In this document: one piece after another, positions 44,401-50,308 of the stretch
Layout of the letters: each line of letters starts with the position of its first letter
Numbering within the stretch: the stretch's first letter is position 1
Assembly: GCA_903831745.1 (NCBI GenBank)
Contig: CAIKYX010000260.1
Location: 16,433-80,432 of the forward strand
From: Oligoflexia bacterium
Lineage (GTDB): Bacteria; Bdellovibrionota; UBA1018; CAIMNF01
Direction: 5' to 3'
Length of the DNA: 64,000 bases
Notes under the pieces: generated by a model
Database searches by the model: none
Seen by the model: only the letters and a program-made list of their open reading frames with translations
Told to the model about the DNA's origin: nothing
Translations under genes and position numbers: made by a program

Positions 44401-47246
44401 ACACCAGTACGCTTCAAACCGTAACGTTTACTTCGGGAACCACCAACCAAGAGATTGCAGTCAGCGTACCTGTTTCTGCTTCTAATGCAGGAATTAACAA
44501 ATCATTCTTCGCCCAGATCGTTCCGCATTCTTTCACCGGTAACATTACCGCAGGCAGCACTTCAGTAACCAGCGTCTCGAGCACCGCTGGCCTTGCGGTC
44601 GGACAAACGATTACCGGAATCGGAATCATCAACGGAACCACAATTTCTGCTATCAGCGGAAGCACCCTCACGTTGAGTGCTGCTGCAAACAACAATACGA
44701 CCGGATTAACCATGATAGTCGGAAGCGCCCGAACCCAAAGTATTGCCAAGGTTCGAATCATGAGCTCACTCGGATCAGAACCAGTTTGCGATACAACTGC
44801 ACCCGGAACGATTACCGGTGACACTGTTGCCGGTCGTTATACCATTACCAATGCATCGAGCACCACCGGTCTGGCAGTTGGGCAAATCATTGTTGGAACC
44901 TATTTGCCAGGAAACACTCTCATTACTGCAATTAACGGCAGCACGATTACACTGAATGGCCCAGCAGCAGAAACTCAAACCACTGCAACCTTTAACACCC
45001 ACGTTCTCGGCGGATTCTTAACCGGCAGCTCGACCAATGCAGGAACCCAAGCCAATCCATACCTCGTGTGCAATACCGGCCAATGGTCGAACATGACAAA
45101 TGCAACCTATTGCAACGGAACCAGCTGTAACCTTTCGACCAATTATTTTCAGCTCGGCGCGGATTTTACACCGACGTCGATTCCAACGGCACTCTCGACT
45201 TTGAACTCTAACCTCGATGGTAACGAGCACATTATTTATGGTTACACGAGTGCCACTGGCGTGCCGCTGATTACCACTGTCAATCCTGCCAATCAGGGTA
45301 CCACCATTCAAAAAGTAAATATGCTCTATGCTAGCGTTACCGGAACTGCGAGCAACACCGCTGCGTTTATCGGAACGAACGGCGGAGCCGGAAACTACCA
45401 AGCCAAACTGACGGATGATTTCGTATCGGGTTATGTAAAAACCACAACCGGCACTGCTAACGGATTATTGGTCGGTCAGGTTCTCGGAACCACCAATCAA
45501 ACCGATGCCACCATTCAATATGCCATGACCTCAGGCTTAGTCAGTGCCACTACAGGAACTTACACGGGCGGTATCGTCGGCCAATACAAATGGGGTAACA
45601 GTGCAAACGGCGCACTCGCCACACAAGATCTTAAGAACTCATTTTGCGCTGCAAACGTCATCACTACTGCTGCTGATGTGGGTGGCGCCGTGGGATGGAT
45701 GACCGATTCTGGTTTAACTCCGTTCTATGCGGGTAATCAGTCTTTTACTTCGATCGTCGCGACCGGATTGGTACAAGGATATTCTTATGTCGGCGGCATC
45801 ATGGGCTATGTTCAAAGTTACAAGATGACTAGCCTCGCCTATACCGGCACACTCAGTTATAACAAATTCTATGGATCAGTACTGATTCCTTCAGGCGGAA
45901 CCTATTATGCGGGTGGTATTCTCGGTGGATTTTACGGTGGTCTAAGTTCGGTTTACTGGGTGACTTATTATACACTCACACTCGATCACAACACCAACTA
46001 CGGTACCGTTACTGACAATGCAACTGCTGGTTCTAATGCGGCCGGAATCGTCGGCAGCTTGACCGGTAATCAATGGACCGGAACGACCAATAACTTTTAT
46101 ACCGTAACCAACAACACGAACTACGGAAACGTGGCCGCTACTACCGGAGCGAATACAAACCTGGGAGGAATTTTGGGATATACTTATGCCGGTATGTCTA
46201 GCTTAGCCGTTCCATCTGGAATTACCTTGACCGGCAATGCTAATGGCGGAAACGTAACCGCGGGCACCACTGCCAGCACCGGTGCCCATGGCGGAATTGC
46301 CGGATATCTTTACATCAGAACACCTACCGTCGCGAGTATTTCTAGCAATTATTCTACCGGAAATATCACCGGTGGTGGCGGCACCAACGTGGGCGGTAAC
46401 GTAGGCTATTTATATGTGCTTAGCGGTTCAGCTAGCATCACCAGCAGTTACGCAACCGGAAACGTTACAGGTGGAGGTGTCGGACTGGGCGGCTTCATGG
46501 GCTATAATTATGGAGGAACTTTATCTGGCGATTATGCAACCGGTAACGTCACCACTACAGCAACTATTACCAGCGTTGGGGGTTTTGCAGGAACCAGCGG
46601 AACCATTACCAAATGTTATTCTACCGGTAACGTCAGCGATACATTTAGCAGCTCTATTGTCGGTGGATTTGCAGGCTCTGTCACTGGTCCGATTTCACAG
46701 AGCTGGGAATCCGGAAGCGTTTCGGGAAGCGGGGGAAGCGTATACACTTCTTGTATTGGCGGGTTTATCGGTAAGGACGATGGACAGACGGTATCTCAGA
46801 ACTATGCTGCAGGAGCGAGCGTGACGGGTGGAACTTATGTAGGCGGTTTCTATGGTTGTGCCTGGAACGACGCGACTAGCACCATCAATTATAACTACAC
46901 GCTCGCCACGTCTACAGGCCAAGGTTTTGGATACAACTCCGTAACCAGCCCAACTTCGAATAACAACTACTGGCTGGTCAATGGCGCAATCACAGACGCC
47001 TACGTTACCTATACGACTTGCGATGCCAACGTCACTGGCGCCAATGCCCATGGTTCGAGATGTACCGCCGCCCAACTCAAGGATTCGACCAACGCAAACT
47101 GGAACTTCGCGGGCTGGGATTACTCAGGCGGAACTAGATTTAACGGCTCAGTCTGGGTCGCTCCTACCGGCGGAACCGCTTGCGGAACGCCAGGCGTAAA
47201 CGTTTGCCCAAGCGCCAACTACGCTTATCCGACCTTGCGCCAATAA
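29424..47246 (+). CDS. Giant secreted surface protein (5,940 aa): signal peptide, ~13 Ig-like (Big) repeats, then three ~1,150-1,500-aa mega-repeats each with a Calx-beta-like module, GLUG-type beta-helix repeats and Ig-like modules
   Basis: A single uninterrupted 17.8-kb ORF. GTG start at 29424, with an AG-rich RBS (AAGAAGAGG) 10 nt upstream and an in-frame TAA at 29416. Signal peptide: MKGIRSSIFELKRKAVLWAALSFFISISAQA. Big_1-like modules (…SGNSQSSAYGTALPVSLVALVKDTNGKALSGATVKWSVTSGAG…) and ~106-aa repeats (NPGALNSLTYTTPPTTPVTTD…TKTVCSGAIVV). The Calx-beta-like module reads EPVDVKFFDGTGAAGTDYTGTTQTVTFTSGTTKQEIAVTVPV. Dozens of GGF(V/A)GY…CYATGNV(T/S) repeats are GLUG-like. The composition is Thr/Ser/Gly/Ala/Asn-rich. 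Confidence 0.8.
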   Translation: MKGIRSSIFELKRKAVLWAALSFFISISAQAAPGSIAISSGNSQSSAYGTALPVSLVALVKDTNGKALSGATVKWSVTSGAGTLSSTSTTSSSTGLATVTFTPAYGTNTVHALVNGTSYAVDFTETGSAGPATQIAIVSGTNQTGTVLALLPAPLIVIAKDAAGHPAPNTSIKWVVTVGGGQMSTSLNKSDVLGQASITYTSGTVPGLNMVSATIQGTSVTTTFTETAATGTNRQIVILSGDAQAPGAAGAMLANPLVVRVLDLAGNVVSGAKVDWAVVSGGGTVSAAQTTSDSLGKAQINFTTGGGGGRNVVSATIHGATPYVSFTEIANVTNIDHIAFTTDLTGLTFNAGIAFTTQPAVTLYDASNVIVSGINAGTMTMTISSGSLTAGATSNTISHGVANFATLTTQTVGTGFTVTASFTYNGHTYTANSGAFNVNPGVFNSLVYTTPPTTPVTTDATNTIVAKEYDAYGNLLTTDSASSMTLTAYTTTNCTTTTVGSALSVPSASTSGGIGTFASEQIYKTTVHSILASSTVGGITKTACSGAITVNPGALNSLTYTTPPTTPVTTDQTDTVAVTAYDTNGNVLSTDTSAITLTAYSTTNCSTSTVSSALSATSVNASAGVSTFTNLQTYKTTVQSILASSTVGGVTKTVCSGAIVVNPGALNSLAYTTPLPNPTTTDATNTIALTAYDVNNNALSTDTSAITLTAYSTTNCATTTVSSALSATSVNASAGVGTFSNLQVYKTTVHSILASTTVGGVTKTACASSLTINPGALNSITFSTPITTPTTTDAMHTAAVTAWDANNNALSTDSSAITLAAYSTTDCTSSTVSSALSSTSVNASSGVSTFTNLQIYKTSVQSVLASTTVGGVTKTVCSGAIVVNVGALNSIAFTTPPTSPVTTDATHTVAVTAYDANNNVLTTDASAITLTGYSTTNCATTTVSSSLSSTSVNASSGVSTFTNLQIYKTSVQSILASTTVGGVTKTVCASSLTVNPGAAASLAFTTDPGTGAPTYTAGTVIGTQPVVKVYDANNNLKTDYSGSISLTADTSASCGAPADIASGLSATTNPIVLSGSSTATFAGVTILKTNAVKLRATDGTLQVCSSAFTVNPSGLNSIVFTTPPTSPTTTDSTNTVAVTAYDVNNNVLSTDTSAVTLTAYSTTNCSTTTVASSLSATSVNASAGVGTFSNLQIYKTSVQSILASTTVGGVTRTVCAASLTINPGALNSLTYSTPPTTPTTTDATNTIAVTAWDVNNNVITTDTSAVTLTAYSTNNCTTSTVASALSATSVNAALGVGTFAALQIYKTSVQSILASSTVGGVTKTVCSAALTVNGGALNSLAFTTAPTTPATTDATNTVVVKAYDVNNNVLNTDTSAITLAGYSSIDCTSSTVASSLSSTSINAVAGVSTFTNLQIYKTSVQSILASSTVGGVTKTVCAGSLSVTPGAFSIANSTFVSTSQSVVSSAGGTTITASITPLDAHGNASPTGTPASITFTQAASASGGTINNTFPITATLSGGLYSANISGNHTGTVTLQGTVSAVNSTSQDVVTITAGAASKLAFTTSPAGGSVDTALGNLTVQAQDVNGNPVASTATVAITLNSSSSCAAPGIQSSPNGTAGLVVSGSAPPATALSGTPGLVTFSTVSATKVGSLYVCATDNAVVLTSAYFPVTMTVGAFSITKSTFVATSQSVAASAGGTTITTSMTPLDQYGNASPTGTPASITYTKVSAASGGAVNNTFPVTATLASGLFSATFSGNTTGTVTIQGTSSAVNSTSQDVITITSGALTHFTVTGSATAYTGSAQTYTVTALDVNNNAVTNFTDSTAITTPGDATATKTPASITSWTNGVGTVSVNFDNVGTWPVTATDGAVTANISVVVTAPPIYIGLTDANGNARTGYSILAQACSAGQVAAPTLGCVSTSSMVPVGSPIYISRYATVNGVPGTAYTTGSNTVTVTLTPVTALAPTQFSPSASNAIPPVVAAGSGSPTTTGYTASGGVYTTTLTIPSGVSGVYLDTASFGVAVNATVTGDTYFTVALSSPSGGAVLGGSSLAQVSLIDKNYTIAAGYGGGGDITFSDSLYKSSLNTVTLTMHRSFNTTVDETVDVELFDGTGKCNTDYSPFTGSNCATNAQNGAIALVKTVTFCGTVTTACGGGATPNQEITFTVPVTPSSTGVNTSFFAQIVPHAFTGNTTAGSTTVASVSSTTGLAVGNIITGVGIISGTTISAISGSNITLSTAANTTASSVKLMTGYGRSQSIAKILVMSTGEPTFCDSTAVATVTGTGTVGSNVITGVSSTAGLALGQLIASTSTVTRIAANSYITAFTANSITINNNITGTTGSFTITTHPFGGFLLGTSYANVVSNAATAGSASNPYLVCNNTQFANMASTTLCGNGSTSCSVQTNNFQLVNDLTATAPITANMNANFNGNEHIVYNYSSPVNGNAIFNSINPTTAASTIQKFNLLYGSSITATAGGALLIGSNGATGSGYGAKLIDLFASGYVYSNTGSAYQTSILEQYKNVSANAQDISTQYGMAAGLLNDNQNVGGAGPILGQTGWIATSSLSATVDVKNSFSTANVLMNLGGNAGGVIGAPGDYGAVTNVGGGHYDYLTSTGYIKTVGLGGGIIGIIAQDKTSVTPVTITASHNSFYGSLTMGSGTNALGGIVGNIYCGNGSGTGYCNYTTFTLDQNINYGTLSSGTAARMGGVLGYYSLNTNSASPTNIALNITNNISYGTVTATTNTSAMSGGLIGIIAFTDSTNSVNNSMTISGNTAVGNVNYNSNTTGANYWGGFVGIVQANYLTSSSITNNHATGNVACGGVAICGGFAGSIQSPGSIANYIPVSNSSATGNVTGVTANTAGFVGYPSYENFTNCYATGSVTTGGNYAGGFAGEAATVTFTNCYATGNISTTANVSYIGGFAGYPVPATFVKCYATGNITDSGHVSTIAGGFIGYGASTITASQCWSTGSVSINGDYAAGFIGQVAANSTVSQCYSAGATATASAHAAGFTTIISAATLTANQSYTITSPSATNKYGFAYLSAGGAVTSSNSYWLANNGVTDTLPGIPYTQLTHAVGATYSGTYSSAAATITGLSSTTGLAPGQLISGTNIPANTTITSVGSNWVALSATPTGSGTSFSNDIYNYAGWDTDFTTSNYWYELGSCASSQLSPTGGCPTASYPFPTLIYPSSATSARIYISSAPTITTGNMNSYTVSGTCNVNGNTVTVYVDGSSVGTAVCATGSSPQFSITFNASTLTDGTHTIMASMPDGSSNIMTNSVAVIDNTVIPPAPTAIALNTPASSPGSNASPVLTVTLSAFTAGNTVSLYTNSSCAAPSYKGTATASGTSVNVTVSPALAAIGPQTYYAQTANAYGNISACSSAHVTYDYETPIMQFTDVNGNIRTGFSVIASICSTSPTGCASNVDYGVPVGSPIYISLLNAGALYNSSGATSVTVTYTGISAVTGTQLTNGSYTATIPNGASSVVVDSHNFVIGHSATVTADTYFVITLSAPNNGAVLATAPQAQVNIVDPNYVTPTYGGGGDVMFSHSFYSTTAGGSTATLYLQRPFNQSTTEPVDVKFFDGTGAAGTDYTGTTQTVTFTSGTTKQEIAVTVPVTTGTNGVNKSFFAQIVPHAFTGTITAGSTSVTSVSSTTGLAVGQTITGVGIINGTTISAISGSTLTLSAAANYSVTSQNLTVGSARSQSIAKIRILSSGEACDSAAPGTITANTTVGSNIITVSSASGLAIGQILAGANIAGNTVITAISGTTLTLNNAATGTGTGVTLNTHVFGGFFTGSATNGGSSSNPYLVCNTGQWTNMGSSTSYCNGSTCNTAGNNFMLAADFTPSAVPAAISTMSANLDGNEHIIYDYASVASVPLFATVNPSGGGTTLQKINMLYASVTGTLANSAAFIGVNGGASNYQAILTDDFVSGYVKTTTGNADALLVAQMLGTTNQTSATIQYGMVSGLVSATTALYVGGLVGEYKWGNSANGALSTLDLRNSFTTANVITTGGEVGGAVGYILDSLASSYFMGNQTLTAIQSTGYVSGYTYVGGILGAFSTEKATTVPYTFTLSYSNFSGSALIPSTGTHYVGGIVGGIYCGGAGFGAGLCEYMTVTVDHDVNSGTVTDSASGGLGAAGIVSSISHASTAGETSYFVNVTNSTNMGNVAATTGTTGYMGGVLGYVYFGMGSGAIPDGASFTGNINSGNVTAGVAGSGGVGGVIGYIQTRTPTVYTVTGNYSTGNINCGTAPYCAGFVGQLYPFSGTASYSNDFETGNVTAGGNYSGGFVGWNAGNAANSIAISNSYATGNVTGTANASYLGGFVGYNQDANETNCFASGNVTDTHATTSVGGFAGITTVSTMSQCWSTGNVSTTGTYAGGFVGYVSPTSTFNQCYSAGNTASAATDAAGFAGFVGSTSTYNQCYTITLPTTATTKSGFMVYSAGTITANQNYWLAQSGLTDTYAQSVTAQQLSYGVGTSYSGTVTSGSPNITGVSSTAGLAVGQGINGTGIPATATISAIYGSTVVMSANATGSGVSFSNNIYSAYAGWDSAFETTNYWYEIGNCGTSQLSPAGGCPTVTYPYPTLIYPSSATSARVYVTVPAASGTINGAANTHTFTVSGLCNINGQQVSVFVDGSAALSPVGGVCNGTTFSMTIDLLGMGLSDGSHTFSATMNDGSSRTIASVPVTETLAAVTPATPTAVTLTTPVSSPGSSATPTFTVTLPVFNAGDSVAIYANNTCGMPAFKGSLTATGTSVPVVVTTTLSATGPQRYYAQTTSARGTVSACSSVYATYDYEVPTLQFTDVLGNVRNDFSVIASQCSLSPTGCASNVDYGVPVGSPIYVSLLNNGSLYNSSGATTVTVSYTGISAVTGTQLTNGSYTASIPNGSSSVVVDSHNFVIGHSATVTADTYFVVTLSVPGNGAVLPPVPQAQVNIVDPNYVTPTYGGGGHVMFSHSFYSTTPGASTATLYLQRPFNQSNTEPVDVIFFDGTGTAGTDYTSTLQTVTFTSGTTNQEIAVSVPVSASNAGINKSFFAQIVPHSFTGNITAGSTSVTSVSSTAGLAVGQTITGIGIINGTTISAISGSTLTLSAAANNNTTGLTMIVGSARTQSIAKVRIMSSLGSEPVCDTTAPGTITGDTVAGRYTITNASSTTGLAVGQIIVGTYLPGNTLITAINGSTITLNGPAAETQTTATFNTHVLGGFLTGSSTNAGTQANPYLVCNTGQWSNMTNATYCNGTSCNLSTNYFQLGADFTPTSIPTALSTLNSNLDGNEHIIYGYTSATGVPLITTVNPANQGTTIQKVNMLYASVTGTASNTAAFIGTNGGAGNYQAKLTDDFVSGYVKTTTGTANGLLVGQVLGTTNQTDATIQYAMTSGLVSATTGTYTGGIVGQYKWGNSANGALATQDLKNSFCAANVITTAADVGGAVGWMTDSGLTPFYAGNQSFTSIVATGLVQGYSYVGGIMGYVQSYKMTSLAYTGTLSYNKFYGSVLIPSGGTYYAGGILGGFYGGLSSVYWVTYYTLTLDHNTNYGTVTDNATAGSNAAGIVGSLTGNQWTGTTNNFYTVTNNTNYGNVAATTGANTNLGGILGYTYAGMSSLAVPSGITLTGNANGGNVTAGTTASTGAHGGIAGYLYIRTPTVASISSNYSTGNITGGGGTNVGGNVGYLYVLSGSASITSSYATGNVTGGGVGLGGFMGYNYGGTLSGDYATGNVTTTATITSVGGFAGTSGTITKCYSTGNVSDTFSSSIVGGFAGSVTGPISQSWESGSVSGSGGSVYTSCIGGFIGKDDGQTVSQNYAAGASVTGGTYVGGFYGCAWNDATSTINYNYTLATSTGQGFGYNSVTSPTSNNNYWLVNGAITDAYVTYTTCDANVTGANAHGSRCTAAQLKDSTNANWNFAGWDYSGGTRFNGSVWVAPTGGTACGTPGVNVCPSANYAYPTLRQ
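30420..33740 (+). repeat. Tandem array of ~10 diverged ~318-nt (106-aa) Ig-like coding repeats inside the giant gene
   Basis: The NPGALNS(L/I)(T/A)(Y/F)TTPP…TKTVC(S/A) units recur at ~30740, 31070, 31400, 31740, 32075, 32400, 32750, 33085 and 33420, at roughly 75-85% nt identity. Confidence 0.75.
35071..47246 (+). repeat. Three tandem mega-repeats (periods ~4,520 and ~4,218 nt; third copy 3,438 nt) inside the giant gene
   Basis: The units start at homologous anchors: 35071 (PIYIGLTDANGNARTGYSILAQACS), 39591 (QFTDVNGNIRTGFSVIASICS) and 43809 (QFTDVLGNVRNDFSVIASQCS). They are collinear across ~1,400 aa with diverged sequence. Confidence 0.75.
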
Positions 47247-47269
47247 AAAGTTCAGTACAAACTAGAGGC

Positions 47270-47704
47270 ATGACCACCTTTCAACAAAAGATCCTCGCTC
47301 AATTGGATAAAATGAAGTGCCTTCCGCCCCTCCTCGCGCGCATTACCCTTGCTGTCGTTTTTTTAGTAGCGGGCGCCGGCAAACTGCAGAAGCTCGATCG
47401 GGTGGCTGAATATTTTGTAAGTCTGCACATCAGCTATCCCCTATTGTCGGCTAACTTAGTGGCATGGACTGAACTCTTGATCGGCCTTTGCATGCTCTTC
47501 GGTGTGTACGCAAGAACTGCAGCGGTACCCCTAATTTGGATCATGATCATGGCGATGATTAAAACGAAGGGCGATCAATTCGGAAAATTTTCAGACCTTT
47601 TTAATTTTACTGAATTTTTATACTTGGTTTTAGCGTTCTGGATTTTGGTCGCTGGGCCAGGAGAAATTACCATTCAGCGTTGGGTGAATCGACTCAAAGG
47701 ATAA
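47270..47704 (+). CDS. DoxX-family small membrane protein
   Basis: The ORF is open from 47180, overlapping the end of the giant gene, but Met at 47270 (MTTFQQKILAQL…) is the plausible start. The TM-rich DoxX-like sequence LLARITLAVVFLVAGAGKL follows. Confidence 0.55.
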   Translation: MTTFQQKILAQLDKMKCLPPLLARITLAVVFLVAGAGKLQKLDRVAEYFVSLHISYPLLSANLVAWTELLIGLCMLFGVYARTAAVPLIWIMIMAMIKTKGDQFGKFSDLFNFTEFLYLVLAFWILVAGPGEITIQRWVNRLKG

Positions 47705-47728
47705 GACTGCCAAGAATTCAGCCTGATA

Positions 47729-48613
47729 CTAGGTGCCCACATCAATTCGATCGCAAGGCACCACAAAATTAGGCTTATCCACCGTAATCAGTACCGGCCC
47801 TAAAGTCGAAGTGGCACCGGCCTTATTCGGTTGATAGATGGTAATCGAGCGAACGCCCCAAGGAACCGTGGTAAATGAAAATGCTCCTTGAGCGGCAGGG
47901 GCCACGGGATGCAGTACCTGCTTCAGCACCCCTAAACCATCGGGATAGTTCAATTCGACCTCAGCAGTACCCACAAACGGCGCGCCTCCCTGACAAATAA
48001 ATCCACTGACCGTCGAGGTCACCATGTTTACCGGAAGCACTTCCCAAATGTCCTGAGAGAATGGATTTCCGGGAGTGGTTCCAAACACTTTGTCGGCACC
48101 GTAACTTCCGACATACCCATCATATGCGCCGTAGCCCATGTACCCAGAATACGGAGCAAGATACACAAATGGAGTACCCCAAGCATCATTCACAAAACTA
48201 GTACTGGGCCCAGTGCCTTCTACGTAGGGGCCGTTCCACCCCAGACCAAAACGAGAAGTCGCACTGACCGCATAGGCAGGTAAGCTCGGATTGGTAACCA
48301 AATCTGCGATGTGGCCAAATGCACCGATGTCGCCTACATAGCCAAAGCTACTGCGACTGCCCGAAACTTTAACATCCGGATTACCGGTCATGCCTTCACG
48401 AATTTTAGTCAGGATTGCTACCGTTTCATCAAAACGAGCGGAATCTACCTGACTCGAAATCATCTCGATCGAAATGACCGAAAGGATGACGAGCAGGCCG
48501 ATACTCATCAAGAGTTCGACCATGGTAAACCCATCTTTTTTTAAGCAAATTTTACGGCACAAATAAGAGATCATCAGCCGCTCCCGCTCCGCCACAGATT
48601 CGATCTGGCCCAC
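47729..48613 (-). CDS. Pseudopilin / type IV minor pilin with a prepilin-type N-terminal methylation motif and a large C-terminal domain; paralog of the N-terminal half of 60683..62218
   Basis: The motif is …KKDG|FTMVELLMSIGLLVILSVI (G-F-T-x-x-E, with E at +5). It shares the blocks SFGYVGDIG, FGLGWNGPYV, DAWGTPFVY and FGVRS…AGATSTLGPV with the 511-aa LamG-pseudopilin. Confidence 0.6.
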   Translation of the reverse strand: MGQIESVAERERLMISYLCRKICLKKDGFTMVELLMSIGLLVILSVISIEMISSQVDSARFDETVAILTKIREGMTGNPDVKVSGSRSSFGYVGDIGAFGHIADLVTNPSLPAYAVSATSRFGLGWNGPYVEGTGPSTSFVNDAWGTPFVYLAPYSGYMGYGAYDGYVGSYGADKVFGTTPGNPFSQDIWEVLPVNMVTSTVSGFICQGGAPFVGTAEVELNYPDGLGVLKQVLHPVAPAAQGAFSFTTVPWGVRSITIYQPNKAGATSTLGPVLITVDKPNFVVPCDRIDVGT

Positions 48614-49046
48614 AGCTCGTTAAATTTCCGCTGGGTTGATCGAATAGAAAAAGAGTTCCCCACCCATCTGTTTTAAAATCATTCGGCAGATTTTGAAAGA
48701 CCTGATCGACGTAAGGTCCACACCACCCTTGCAGCGTAAGATAAGTGTCTACATCGGCGGGATTATTGTCCACATCGCAGGCGGGCTCACCGAGATTGGT
48801 AAGTAAATGGTTAAAGTCAGCCGGATAGGTACCCACCGTTTTTCCGCCATGACTTAATTTATAGGCCTGAAGTGCAGTTCGAAGTGCCAAGGCCTTTTCG
48901 GTGGTTTCGCGACTTTGCGCGGTTCCGATCATAGGCCCTAACATCACCATGGCTCCTGCAATTAAGAGTGCAAAGAGCAAAAGAGCCAGCATCACGCCGA
49001 TCAGTCCAAAACCCTTTTGCTGGTTAGAATGAGATAACGATATCAT
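48552..49046 (-). CDS. Pseudopilin-like protein with a prepilin-type N-terminus lacking Glu+5
   Basis: 164 aa with …QQKG|FGLIGVMLALLLFALLIAGAMV (Gly at +5, as in GspK/PilX-type minor pilins). It overlaps the neighbouring genes by a few nt, which suggests an operon. Confidence 0.5.
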   Translation of the reverse strand: MISLSHSNQQKGFGLIGVMLALLLFALLIAGAMVMLGPMIGTAQSRETTEKALALRTALQAYKLSHGGKTVGTYPADFNHLLTNLGEPACDVDNNPADVDTYLTLQGWCGPYVDQVFQNLPNDFKTDGWGTLFLFDQPSGNLTSCGPDRICGGAGAADDLLFVP

Positions 49047-49494
49047 CGCCTGTTCCTAAGACTTGATCAGGCCCACGACTCGTAATCGTTCGGCCTACCT
49101 TATCGTACCAAATCGGCTGACCCCATGCATCAGTACTATAATTAGGATCTGTATCCGACACATACGGACCACGCCATCCCTGCTTTAAAAATGGATCGTA
49201 AGCAACCGAACAGGTTCCAGAACCTGGCATCGCAACTAAATCAGAAAGTAGATCTGGAACGCCCAAGCAATCGATCAAGTAACCTGGTTTTGAGAGTTGT
49301 CCTGCCGAAACGAGCCTCGCATCGCCGACAATGGCGGCTTTAAAAGCGATTAATTTTTCGGTAGTGACTGCAATTTTTGCGTCGGTTCCGAAATTAACGA
49401 ATTGGGATATTCCCACTGCTGCAAGCACCGCTAGAAGCGCAAGAACCATGAGGGTTTCGATCAGGGTAAAACCGTTTTTATGTTTTAAATCCAA
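49024..49494 (-). CDS. GspG-like pseudopilin / type IV minor pilin
   Basis: 156 aa with a canonical prepilin N-terminus (MDLKHKNG|FTLIETLMVLALLAVLAAVGISQF). Confidence 0.65.
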   Translation of the reverse strand: MDLKHKNGFTLIETLMVLALLAVLAAVGISQFVNFGTDAKIAVTTEKLIAFKAAIVGDARLVSAGQLSKPGYLIDCLGVPDLLSDLVAMPGSGTCSVAYDPFLKQGWRGPYVSDTDPNYSTDAWGQPIWYDKVGRTITSRGPDQVLGTGDDIVISF

Positions 49495-49497
49495 GAA

Positions 49498-50154
49498 CTA
49501 ATACTGGTACTCGGTACCGCCACCGTCTGCAGGACTGACACCGTCGTTATTACCTGTGTTCGCCCAAAGGTTTCCGGTTACTGAATCATAACACCAGCCG
49601 CCCTCGTTAATGGTAGCCGCGCCCGCTGTAGTACCGGCAAATGCAACACCCGCAGCACAATTCTTACCCGCAGTTCGAGTCGCTTCGCAAAGCGCTGATG
49701 AGGTCATGGTCGATACGCAATCGACGATGTCATTCGCATTCAGGGCTGCACCCGGAGCTGCAGCAATCACAGCTGTACCAGGAGCAGATAGAGTTTGATT
49801 CACTGACCATGGATTAGGTGGAATACTGCTTGCGATGAAGATTCGGTCAGCCGCATTAGCGATTTGAGTAGTGGTACACAGTGGCAAAGCACCCGCCGTG
49901 ATATCATTGAGAGCGAAACTGTCTGCAGGAGGAAATGCTCCGGTGACGTTACACCTGACCGCAACCTGAGAGGCTTGCACCGCTATCGCGTTTCGAATGA
50001 TAGCCAAGTTACCTTTAACGGCGGCTTCCTTCGCTTCTTTCGAGAAGTTCACAAATTGTGTTACACCGATGGCTGCGAGAATTCCGATCAGCAAAACCAC
50101 CATCAACATCTCGATCAGCGTAAAACCTTGATTATTTTTCTTCGATCTTTTCAC
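49498..50154 (-). CDS. Type IV pilin (major-pilin-like; Cys-rich C-terminal domain)
   Basis: 218 aa with …NNQG|FTLIEMLMVVLLIGILAAIGVTQFVNFSKEAKEAAVKGNLAIIRNAIA. It is a paralog of 57252..57821, sharing IPPNPWS and a C-terminal GWCYD motif. Confidence 0.7.
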   Translation of the reverse strand: MKRSKKNNQGFTLIEMLMVVLLIGILAAIGVTQFVNFSKEAKEAAVKGNLAIIRNAIAVQASQVAVRCNVTGAFPPADSFALNDITAGALPLCTTTQIANAADRIFIASSIPPNPWSVNQTLSAPGTAVIAAAPGAALNANDIVDCVSTMTSSALCEATRTAGKNCAAGVAFAGTTAGAATINEGGWCYDSVTGNLWANTGNNDGVSPADGGGTEYQY

Positions 50155-50308
50155 GGTTCGATTCTCCTATTGTCGATGACCCATTCCGGAAATAACTTCT
50201 TATATTCAACTATAACAACATAATTAAAGAAATGAATACATATAAATTATAGGATTTAGCTCAGGATTTTAAGTCAGACCCTTGACGGCGCTATCCTCGG
50301 ATTCACCA

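Noticed and set aside
29874-47075. Dozens of 60-210-aa ORFs on both strands inside 29424..47246 (e.g. 29874..30497-, 39210..39593-, 43395..43811-, 46414..46824+)
   Set aside because: All are embedded in or antisense to the single long giant-protein frame. They are Arg/Cys/Ser-rich, as expected of out-of-frame translation of Thr/Gly/Ala-rich coding DNA.
47180-47269. Upstream extension of the DoxX ORF (MRNARRKRLPKRQ…) overlapping the last 67 nt of the giant gene
   Set aside because: The extension is Arg-rich and non-membrane-like, and overlaps the giant CDS. The Met at 47270 gives a sensible DoxX N-terminus.
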